Source: an uncultured Pelagibacteraceae bacterium
GTDB taxonomy: Bacteria; Pseudomonadota; Alphaproteobacteria; Pelagibacterales; Pelagibacteraceae
DNA: 64,000 nt
Direction: 5' to 3'
Assembly: GCA_902582765.1 (NCBI GenBank)
Contig: CACHTK010000001.1
Span: 5,870 to 69,869, forward strand
A model generated the notes under the pieces. The model was not told the origin of the DNA. It was given only the letters and a program-made list of their open reading frames with translations, and did not search any database. Position 1 is the first letter of the stretch, and every line of letters starts with the position of its first letter. This document shows, piece after piece, positions 9,171 to 16,663 of the stretch. A program made the translations under genes and the position numbers.

Positions 9171-10382
9171 ATGAATTGGATGGGATTTTGGAGAGCGCTT
9201 ACAGATACCACTGAGATAACAGTTATAGTAGCTGTAATAGTATTTGTATTCACATACTCAATCTTTACTTATTTTTCTACAGACGCTGACAAAGCTCTTA
9301 GGTATGCTAGATTTACACCTTCATTACTAGTTTCGATTGGTATATTTGGAACATTCCTAGGAATATTTTTTGCACTAGTTGATTTTAATGTAAATAGAGT
9401 AGACGAAAGTATTCCAGAGCTTTTATCAGGATTAAAAGTTGCTTTTGGAACAAGTATAGTTGGATTATTTTTAAGTTTAGCCTTTAGAGCAATAATTTTA
9501 TACAAACCCAAAAAAATTAAATCTACTGAAGAGGCTGATGTAAAAGATCTTTTAGCAAAGATGACTGAGGTAAAAGATGCAATTTCTGCTGATAATGAAA
9601 GCTCAGTAATTACACAATTACAAAAACTAAGAAGTGAAACTATTGATAGTTTAAAGGAAATGCAAAAATCTTTCTCAGAATTTGCAGCTGAAATGTCTCA
9701 AAATAACGTCAATGCATTAATAGAAGCTGTTCAACAGGTTATGGAAGATTTTAATGCTAAAATAAATGATCAACTTGGTGAAAGTTTTAAAGAATTAAGT
9801 TCATCTGTTCAAAACCTTGTGGAATGGCAAAATAATTACAAGACACATGTTGAGACTTTGAATGATCAGTTACAAACAGCTATATCAGGCATTACAAGTT
9901 CTCAAGAGTCACTTAAACAGATTTCAGAAAATATGGAGAGCCTCCCTAAATCAACTGAAGCATTAAAAGAAATTATGACAACAGTACAAGGACAAATTGA
10001 TAATTTGAACAATCAATTAGATGCTTTTGCACAAATGAAAGATAAAGCAGTTGATGCGATGCCAACAATTGAGAAAAATTTAAATGAAATGACCGAAAGT
10101 TTATCAAATTCTGTATCTAGTATAGAAAATATGTCTACAGAAATAAGAGATAGCGTTAAACAATCTATTAAAGAGACAAACGATATGCTTATTAATCAAA
10201 TCAAAGGATTAGACGAACAAATGCAAAAGGAAGTGACCAAAATTGTAGAAATTATGGGATCAAATTTAGCATCATTGTCTGAAAAATTTGTTAGCGATTA
10301 TTCTCCATTAACTAACCAACTTGTGAATTTAGTAAATTCTCTAGGAAGTGTTAAGAAAAAAACAAACAAAAAACCTGAATGA
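9171..10382 (+). CDS. zorA: Zorya anti-phage ZorA (MotA-like membrane domain plus long helical tail)
   Basis: Three TM segments with PSLLVSIGIFGTFLGI...GLKVAFGTSIVG, followed by about 290 aa of coiled-coil-like tail; overlaps the zorB start (ATGA). Confidence 0.88.
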   Translation: MNWMGFWRALTDTTEITVIVAVIVFVFTYSIFTYFSTDADKALRYARFTPSLLVSIGIFGTFLGIFFALVDFNVNRVDESIPELLSGLKVAFGTSIVGLFLSLAFRAIILYKPKKIKSTEEADVKDLLAKMTEVKDAISADNESSVITQLQKLRSETIDSLKEMQKSFSEFAAEMSQNNVNALIEAVQQVMEDFNAKINDQLGESFKELSSSVQNLVEWQNNYKTHVETLNDQLQTAISGITSSQESLKQISENMESLPKSTEALKEIMTTVQGQIDNLNNQLDAFAQMKDKAVDAMPTIEKNLNEMTESLSNSVSSIENMSTEIRDSVKQSIKETNDMLINQIKGLDEQMQKEVTKIVEIMGSNLASLSEKFVSDYSPLTNQLVNLVNSLGSVKKKTNKKPE

Positions 10383-11080
10383 AATTAAAAGCATTATTTC
10401 AACAACAGGATGATCAAGACGACCAGTGGATATCAATTGCCGACATGATGGCTGGATTGATGATTGTTTTTTTATTCATAGCAATTGTAAATCTTAAAGA
10501 CCAAATTGATAAATTGAGAAGTTTTGAGATATTACAAGATAGAATTTATAATGAGCTTTATGATGAATTCGAAGATGATTTAAAAAAATGGGTAGCTGAA
10601 ATCGATAAAGAAACTCTAACAATCTCTTTTAGGGAGCCAAAAATTCAGTTTTCTACTGGTTCTTCAGAAGTTAAAAGTGAATTTAAAAATATTTTAAACA
10701 ATTTTTATCCAAGATATCTAAATGTTTTATGGGACTTTAGAGAGGATATTGAAGAACTAAGAATAGAGGGTCATACTTCTTCAAGATGGCAAAAAGCTTT
10801 AACTATTGATGAGGCATATATTAAAAACATGGGTCTATCACAAGACCGCTCGAAGAATGTTTTGATATATATTCTTGAACTAAATTTAGGAACTAACAAG
10901 AATTGGGCTAAAGAGAAGATTGTGGCTAACGGCATGTCATTCAGCAAATTGTTATTAAAAGAAAATGGAGATGAGGATGCAATTAGATCCCAAAGAACAG
11001 AGTTTAGGGTGAAAGTTGATAGTGCTTATATAATTGAAAGACTTAGAAAAGTTTTTCAAGAAAGAAAAAATGAAACTTAA
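10379..11080 (+). CDS. zorB: Zorya ZorB (MotB-like TM plus OmpA-type peptidoglycan-binding domain)
   Basis: WISIADMMAGLMIVFLFIAI with the conserved Asp; IEGHTSS, NMGLSQDRS, RTEFRV OmpA_C motifs. Confidence 0.88.
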   Translation: MKLKALFQQQDDQDDQWISIADMMAGLMIVFLFIAIVNLKDQIDKLRSFEILQDRIYNELYDEFEDDLKKWVAEIDKETLTISFREPKIQFSTGSSEVKSEFKNILNNFYPRYLNVLWDFREDIEELRIEGHTSSRWQKALTIDEAYIKNMGLSQDRSKNVLIYILELNLGTNKNWAKEKIVANGMSFSKLLLKENGDEDAIRSQRTEFRVKVDSAYIIERLRKVFQERKNET

Positions 11081-11963
11081 CCACACATTTCCAGAATTAG
11101 AAAGTTTGATCAATAAAATGGGTGCTAAAAAGACTGTTTGGAAATCTGGCGTTAAGTATGAAAAAATAATTATTCAAAAATTATTATCTGTTGAAGGTGT
11201 TGACGCGAAATTAGATGACATAAAAATGGATGAACATGGCTTGATGTATCTAAATAATGAGCCAGTGGTTCTTTTTATAAAAGATCAATGGATTTCGGCT
11301 GATGAAATCAGAAGAGATCCGCTTGGCGGAAAAGGATATAGATTTCATATAACTGGAACATGTAAAACAATTGAACAAATGCAAAGAAGAAAAAGGTACG
11401 ATAGATATACTTTTACAGCTAATCAAAGTGGTAAATTTTCTGTAATTGCAAGAGAATCCAAGCATTCAAATAAAAAAATTAAATTAACAACACCATTAGC
11501 AGTTTGTATGAATTGTTTAATAGATCTAGAATATGACGGAGCAGGCTACTCATCTTCCGGAAGACCAAACACTGAAGCACGACAAGCTAGAGATTCTTTT
11601 AATATAAAATCTTTTTTTAAAAATTTTGTCCAAACTTTAATAAATAGACCTAAATATTCTGAAATGAGTTATCCTGATCCAGAATATACTCCTGATTTTA
11701 GAACAACCTCTAAAAAGTTAAAAGAAGCGTGGGGTTATAAATGTAGTAGATGCAAGGTTGATCTTTCATTATTAAGTCACAGAAAAATGATTCATTGTCA
11801 TCACAAAGATGGAAATCCTGGTAACAATGGTGAGACTAATCTTGAGGTTTTGTGTATTTGTTGTCATGCAGAAGAAGGAATGCATTTAATTAGACCAAAA
11901 CATATGAGAGAACAATTTGAGAAATGCAAAACTTTAAAACAAGAACAGGGTATCAAAATATAA
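11070..11963 (+). CDS. zorE: HNH endonuclease, ZorE-type effector of type II Zorya
   Basis: C-terminal CSRC...HCHHKDGNPGNNGETNLEVLCICCH HNH/zinc motif; third gene after zorAB; ATG at 11070 overlaps the end of zorB. Confidence 0.78.
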   Translation: MKLNHTFPELESLINKMGAKKTVWKSGVKYEKIIIQKLLSVEGVDAKLDDIKMDEHGLMYLNNEPVVLFIKDQWISADEIRRDPLGGKGYRFHITGTCKTIEQMQRRKRYDRYTFTANQSGKFSVIARESKHSNKKIKLTTPLAVCMNCLIDLEYDGAGYSSSGRPNTEARQARDSFNIKSFFKNFVQTLINRPKYSEMSYPDPEYTPDFRTTSKKLKEAWGYKCSRCKVDLSLLSHRKMIHCHHKDGNPGNNGETNLEVLCICCHAEEGMHLIRPKHMREQFEKCKTLKQEQGIKI

Positions 11964-11972
11964 TTGATCAAG

Positions 11973-12013
11973 ACATTGCAGGATTTTATACGATAACTAG
12001 AACTTGAGCAGAC
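11973..12013 (+). repeat. Degenerate internal copy of the cassette right-end motif
   Basis: AGGATTTTATACGATAACTAGAA (11980-12002) matches 13715-13737 at 20/23 positions. Confidence 0.65.
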
Positions 12014-12077
12014 AAAATAATATGCTTTTTCTCTCTTATCTCTCGTACATAGAGATATAATATTATAGATTACCTTT

Positions 12078-12242
12078 ATGGACAAATTTGAAATTTCATT
12101 AATCCAAGCAAGTGAAATTATTGAAATGGGTAATGGAGAATTAGATAAGGGTTTAGAGCAGATTAATAAAAAAGGATGGAAGATAATAGATGATTTTATT
12201 GATCCGCACACTGGTGAAAAATATTTTAAAATTGAAAAATGA
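12078..12242 (+). CDS. Small 54-aa hypothetical protein (below the ORF-track cutoff)
   Basis: MDKFEISLIQASEIIEMGNGELDKGLEQINKKGWKIIDDFIDPHTGEKYFKIEK; TGA overlaps the next ATG (ATGA); TATAAT upstream. Confidence 0.6.
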   Translation: MDKFEISLIQASEIIEMGNGELDKGLEQINKKGWKIIDDFIDPHTGEKYFKIEK

Positions 12243-12625
12243 AAATTTTAAAATTAACATTTTTGTCAGTTCTATTTATAATATTATTACTTCCTGCATC
12301 ATGTTCGACAATTTGGTCTGTTAATGAAATTTTAGGTAGGAATACCTACGATAACCCTGCATTTAAAGATTCACCATTTTATACCACTAATGATGAAATT
12401 GGTTTTGTTACAGATTATTGTAAAAAAAATAACTATTTTGGAAGAACTGGAACTGAAGAAGAAAAACTAAGAAAATGTATAAGTGGGGAATTGAGAAATC
12501 AAAGCTTAGCCTGGATGTTGGATGGCTTCATGTTTTATTTTAGCTTGATTGTAATACCTATATTTCTCTTTTATCTTTATTTTTATTATAAATGGCTAAA
12601 AAAAAATTATTTTAAAAAAGCTTAA
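12239..12625 (+). CDS. Hypothetical membrane protein / possible lipoprotein
   Basis: N-terminal hydrophobic stretch ending in LPASC, two further Cys, and a C-terminal TM helix. Confidence 0.6.
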   Translation: MKILKLTFLSVLFIILLLPASCSTIWSVNEILGRNTYDNPAFKDSPFYTTNDEIGFVTDYCKKNNYFGRTGTEEEKLRKCISGELRNQSLAWMLDGFMFYFSLIVIPIFLFYLYFYYKWLKKNYFKKA

Positions 12626-12626
12626 A

Positions 12627-13709
12627 ATGAAAAAATTTTACCTATTCATAAAAGTTATGACTCTATTAACATTTATATGTTCATATTCATCGGCAGAAAC
12701 TTTTCAAAAAGAACTATCTCAATTAAATACACTTAATGATGTAACAAAATGTTTAAAAAATCATTTAAAGCCCATGGGTGAGAAAGATGCTAGAGCCTAT
12801 TGTATTAATAAAAATATAAAAAAAGTGGATGAATTAAAAAACGTTATACATGGGTGGGGTGAATGGACCGAGGGATCTAATGGTTTTTATAAGAGTTTTG
12901 GTATTAAGATTTCAAATTTACATCCTAATGTAATTTTTGGATCAATAAAAATAAGTATAAATTTGAAACCAAGTAAATCAGATTCAGGAGTCAAAAAGTA
13001 CGAAAAATACTTAGGAACAGGACAAAGTATTGAATTAGATTTTAACAATTTGTTTATAGATGAATACATCAAATTTCCCGAATATTCTTCTTTTATTTAT
13101 AATGATATATCTGATTTAAATATCCCAAATGGTGAAATATCAAGCTGGACCATATTAGAAGGCAAGGCAATAAAAATTGCTAATTATAAAAATATTTTTA
13201 TGAAAAATGATCTTGGTAATCTTGAAAAATGTATAAAATTTAATTCTAAACCAAAAGATTTTTTTAAAAATGGAAATCTTTTAAAACGTGTTGATATTAA
13301 ATCCGCATGTCTTTATGAGCTTAGTGAGCAAGATAATAATATATACGATAAACTAGATTTAAAAATTTTAAAGAAAAATGAAGAAATAGCAATTTCACTT
13401 GAAAATAAAATTGATAATGATTTTATAATTACAGCAGGAAATTTATTAATAGAACTCTCTAATTGTGATAATAAAAAAGCAAAAAAAGAAGGCGAGGATA
13501 GTGATAATATTTTTGATAAATATGGTACTTTCATTGAGGGCGTAACATCACCTGGATATTTAATGCGGCAATTTACAAAACATGAGTTTGAAAAATATTT
13601 AATGCCAGGTGAAAAATTTATAACACCATTTGCTAATTCTGATAGGAGCATGAAGTATTGTGATTACAAACCAGCCATTCAAACTGTGAGAATTTTAAGT
13701 ATAGAATAA
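12627..13709 (+). CDS. Hypothetical exported protein with apparent two-fold internal repeat
   Basis: Signal peptide (SSA-ET); Cys-pair helix plus beta-rich segment occurs twice. Confidence 0.65.
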   Translation: MKKFYLFIKVMTLLTFICSYSSAETFQKELSQLNTLNDVTKCLKNHLKPMGEKDARAYCINKNIKKVDELKNVIHGWGEWTEGSNGFYKSFGIKISNLHPNVIFGSIKISINLKPSKSDSGVKKYEKYLGTGQSIELDFNNLFIDEYIKFPEYSSFIYNDISDLNIPNGEISSWTILEGKAIKIANYKNIFMKNDLGNLEKCIKFNSKPKDFFKNGNLLKRVDIKSACLYELSEQDNNIYDKLDLKILKKNEEIAISLENKIDNDFIITAGNLLIELSNCDNKKAKKEGEDSDNIFDKYGTFIEGVTSPGYLMRQFTKHEFEKYLMPGEKFITPFANSDRSMKYCDYKPAIQTVRILSIE

Positions 13710-13711
13710 TC

Positions 13712-13833
13712 TATAGGACTTTATGGGATAACTAGAAGCAGACTAGAAGCCAGGGAGATAAAATAAAAAAAATTTACTTATTCCTCTTGTTCAATTATAA
13801 ATATTGGCATAAACACTCATGAAAATAACTAAT
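13712..13833 (+). repeat. Right end of cassette 1 (arm repeat pair, A-tract and tRNA promoter)
   Basis: Gap-free match to 15681-15802 at 103/122 positions by manual count. Confidence 0.9.
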
Positions 13834-13872
13834 GCCCTCGTGGTGAAATTGGTAGACACAAAGGACTTAAAA
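13834..13872 (+). repeat. tRNA-Leu 5'-half direct repeat, copy 2 (junction between cassettes)
   Basis: 39 nt identical to copy 1 and to the intact tRNA 5' half. Confidence 0.95.
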
Positions 13873-13999
13873 GCCGAGGGATAGAACTTTAAGTCAGTCC
13901 ATAGTAGTCCAAGGTAGTTTAAAATATCCTATAAAATCACATAACTTTAATTTAACCTTTAACAAATATAATAAAATTAAGCTGGTTTAATATCTCAAA

Positions 14000-14019
14000 A
14001 CCAGTACCAAACCAGTACC
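14000..14019 (+). repeat. Left arm-type repeat pair of cassette 2 (ACCAGTACC-aa-ACCAGTACC)
   Basis: 11-bp period; same motif at 15700-15719. Confidence 0.75.
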
Positions 14020-14041
14020 TAAAAAGATAATATGTAAAAAC

Positions 14042-15673
14042 ATGAAAAAAAATTTACTTATATTTTTATTATTTATTTTAAGTACCAGTATCTCTTTGGC
14101 AAAGAATGATGAAATTATAACTTTAGAAGAAATACAAGATAATCTCATTAAAATGGAAGTTGAGAATAATCGTATAAAATGGTTTAAAGGTGGAGAAACT
14201 ATCTCAGCAGCTGAAAGCATTTCATTAAGCGAGAAGAAACAAGAAAAATTAGAAAAAAGAAGTCATTTAAAAAAGTCTTCACAATCTGCATGTGAAGGTG
14301 GGTCATCAATGAATGATCCAGAATTACAAAAGATTTATTGTCCAGCGATGATAATTAAGAGAGTTTTTTCACGAAATGAAAGGGCAGAAATAAAAAGGCC
14401 TGGAGATATATTTTATGCATTATCAGCGATAGAACGACTAATTTTTTCAAGTAGTAATAAATTTGTGACTACGCAAGATGCATTTAAAAAAAATGGAAAA
14501 ATTTATTATATGTGGTCAGATTTTAACAATAAATATAACAAATACGATGGTCCATATGTGGAAGTTGGCTCAAAAGATAATTGTGTTAGGTGGTTATGGT
14601 TTTATGATAATCGATATTTGTGTACAGATTACTCTAAATATACATTAAAAAAACTAGAAAAATTTAAAAAAAATCCAAATAATGAAAAAGTCTTAGGGAG
14701 ATATCTAATTAAATATATCCATAACGTAAGATTAGTAAAAAGTATCAGAGAAAAAATAGGTACCTCAAATTATGATTTAATAGGCGATATGTTAAACGCG
14801 AGTGTCAAAGATGTAATTAAAATAAAAGTACCTTCACAAACACTTGAACGTAGAAAGCATCTAAAAGAATACTCCCAAATACTTTTTGATATCAAAAAAA
14901 AAATTGAGGAAGATAAGTTTAAATCAATAGATAAAAGTATTTCAAAATTATCAAAAAAATATAAAAAATTACAAAGTTTGAAGCCTAATTCTTACAGAAC
15001 AGATAAGCAAGTTGATGAAGCGATTGATCTAATTTTTGATTTAAATAAACTTATTGAAAAGAGCTCTTCAAGTGCTGAAGTAAATAAAGAAGATAGAATA
15101 ACTGCTATTGCCTCTATAGAGTTTATGGATTCGTTGATTGATTCAATTCTTAGTATAATACCAAAACAATATAAGAGTGTCCCTAATAAACAACTAGGCA
15201 AAGATTTATTTGATGATGATGATTTAGACGAACTAGAAAAAATCATAAATAACATGATAAAAAAAAACTATGTGATTAAAAATGCTAAAATGACATGGAG
15301 CAAGAATACAATTAATAAATATATTGATACATCTATTATATTAAACAAATTTGATCAGCTAGGCATACAAGACAGTCTCAACAGAACATTTACAGAAGAG
15401 TCTGCTTTAAATGTTGCGCACGAACATATTGATAATAATTTAGATAAAAAAATTTTTAAAGATGTCAAAAAGATTGTTGCAAGTGTTGATAGAGGTAAAT
15501 TGGATAGTATAACTAGAGAAGTATCTCAAACTACTAAAGAGGTATCTAAAATAGCTTCAGAAATGTCTCAAAATTCCACTTTTAAATCTACAGTAACCCA
15601 ATCATATCCAGATCCGAAATTTGGAGGACAAAGTTTAAAAAAACTAATAAGAGCAGGAATAATAAAAAGATAA
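14042..15673 (+). CDS. Hypothetical exported protein, helical C-terminal half
   Basis: Signal peptide (SLA-K); four Cys in the N-terminal half; Lys/Glu-rich helical C-terminal half; 543-aa ORF. Confidence 0.7.
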   Translation: MKKNLLIFLLFILSTSISLAKNDEIITLEEIQDNLIKMEVENNRIKWFKGGETISAAESISLSEKKQEKLEKRSHLKKSSQSACEGGSSMNDPELQKIYCPAMIIKRVFSRNERAEIKRPGDIFYALSAIERLIFSSSNKFVTTQDAFKKNGKIYYMWSDFNNKYNKYDGPYVEVGSKDNCVRWLWFYDNRYLCTDYSKYTLKKLEKFKKNPNNEKVLGRYLIKYIHNVRLVKSIREKIGTSNYDLIGDMLNASVKDVIKIKVPSQTLERRKHLKEYSQILFDIKKKIEEDKFKSIDKSISKLSKKYKKLQSLKPNSYRTDKQVDEAIDLIFDLNKLIEKSSSSAEVNKEDRITAIASIEFMDSLIDSILSIIPKQYKSVPNKQLGKDLFDDDDLDELEKIINNMIKKNYVIKNAKMTWSKNTINKYIDTSIILNKFDQLGIQDSLNRTFTEESALNVAHEHIDNNLDKKIFKDVKKIVASVDRGKLDSITREVSQTTKEVSKIASEMSQNSTFKSTVTQSYPDPKFGGQSLKKLIRAGIIKR

Positions 15674-15680
15674 AAAACAT

Positions 15681-15802
15681 TATAGGATTTTATGGGACAA
15701 CCAGTACCTGACCAGTACCTAGTGAGATAAATTAAAAAAATTTTACTTATTCCTCTTGTTGAATTATAAATATTAGCTTAAACACTCATGAAATTCATTA
15801 AT
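15681..15802 (+). repeat. Right end of cassette 2 (arm repeat pair, A-tract and promoter driving the intact tRNA)
   Basis: Colinear with 13712-13833. Confidence 0.9.
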
Positions 15803-15888
15803 GCCCTCGTGGTGAAATTGGTAGACACAAAGGACTTAAAATCCTTGCCATTTATGGAGTGCCAGTTCGAGTCTGGCCGAGGGCACCA
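15803..15888 (+). tRNA. tRNA-Leu (TAA)
   Basis: GCCCTCG/CGAGGGC acceptor stem, AAGGA-CTTAAAA-TCCTT anticodon arm, long variable arm, GTTCGAG T-loop, encoded CCA. Confidence 0.97.
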
Positions 15889-15892
15889 CTAA

Positions 15893-16663
15893 ATGTTAAA
15901 GCCACATATTCTTTTTGATAATACAAAAACATCTAAAAAAGTTAAAAATTATTTAGATCAAAAAGTTAAAAATATATCATTATACAAATGTAATTTAATT
16001 ATTGTTATTGGTGGTGATGGCTTCATGCTTTCTTCATTAAAAAAATATAATAAGTACAAAAAACCTTTTTATGGAATTAATGCTGGTAGTTATGGTTTTT
16101 TGATGAATAAATTTTCAACTAAAAATACAATTAAAAATTTATCTAAAGCAAAATCAGTTACAATTTCACCTTTAGAAATGATTGTTAAAAACAAATTTAA
16201 CAAAATCAAAAAGTCTGTTGCAATAAATGAAGTATCGATATTAAGACAAAGTAGGCAAACCGCATCTTTAGAAGTTTCGAGTGGATCTCAGAAAATAATA
16301 AAAAAGTTAGTTTCTGACGGCATATTAATTTCTACACCTGCTGGAAGTACTGCGTATAATATGTCAGTTTATGGTCCTATATTAAATTTAGATTCAAAAA
16401 AGTTGTCCGTTAGACCAATTAGTGCTTTTAGACCAAGAAGATGGAAGGGAAGGGTAGTTAGTGATAAATCAAAAATAGTTATCAAAAATCTTAATACTCA
16501 AAAGAGGCCAATAAGTGCTGTAGCTGATAATTACGAAGTAAGAAATGCAAAAATTATTTCTATTAAAATAAATAAAAAAATTAAGTTTAATCTTCTTTAT
16601 GATTCAAATAGAAGTCTTCAAAAAAAAATCAAAATAGAACAAATCAGAAAAGAAACTAATTAA
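15893..16663 (+). CDS. nadK: NAD kinase
   Basis: IGGDGFML, GINAGSYGFLMN, AINEV, DGILISTPAGSTAYNMS. Confidence 0.93.
   Translation: MLKPHILFDNTKTSKKVKNYLDQKVKNISLYKCNLIIVIGGDGFMLSSLKKYNKYKKPFYGINAGSYGFLMNKFSTKNTIKNLSKAKSVTISPLEMIVKNKFNKIKKSVAINEVSILRQSRQTASLEVSSGSQKIIKKLVSDGILISTPAGSTAYNMSVYGPILNLDSKKLSVRPISAFRPRRWKGRVVSDKSKIVIKNLNTQKRPISAVADNYEVRNAKIISIKINKKIKFNLLYDSNRSLQKKIKIEQIRKETN

Larger units (their letters stand above)
8958..13872 (+). mobile_element. Integrase-free tRNA-Leu cassette 1 (4876-bp unit) carrying Zorya II and exported proteins
   Basis: Flanked by identical 39-nt tRNA halves; ACTAGAAG repeat pair at both ends (9123-9141, 13731-13750); no recombinase ORF. Confidence 0.8.
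13834..15841 (+). mobile_element. Integrase-free tRNA-Leu cassette 2 (1969-bp unit), single cargo gene
   Basis: Flanked by 39-nt tRNA halves; ACCAGTACC repeat pair at both ends (14000-14019, 15700-15719). Confidence 0.8.

Noticed and set aside
9171-11080. Flagellar stator motAB or a chemoreceptor
   Set aside because: The long ZorA-type tail, adjacent HNH nuclease and lack of flagellar genes fit Zorya better
11864-12211. 115-aa minus-strand ORF
   Set aside because: Overlaps zorE and the better-supported 54-aa plus-strand ORF; likely a shadow frame
8958-13872. Intron-split or additional functional tRNA-Leu genes
   Set aside because: No separate 3' halves and no group I intron features; the downstream tRNA is already complete
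14081-14090. Extra ACCAGTA copy near the cassette 2 left end
   Set aside because: Single 7-mer inside the coding sequence and out of phase with the repeat pair; probably chance
13987-14220. 77-aa minus-strand ORF as a possible excisionase
   Set aside because: Antisense to the signal-peptide region of the 543-aa gene, with no HTH-like pattern
8997-15802. Prophage, integron or IS element
   Set aside because: No structural, integrase or transposase ORFs and no attC-like palindromes were recognised
8958-15841. CRISPR array (three identical 39-nt repeats)
   Set aside because: Spacing is kilobases, the repeat is a tRNA 5' half, and no cas genes are present
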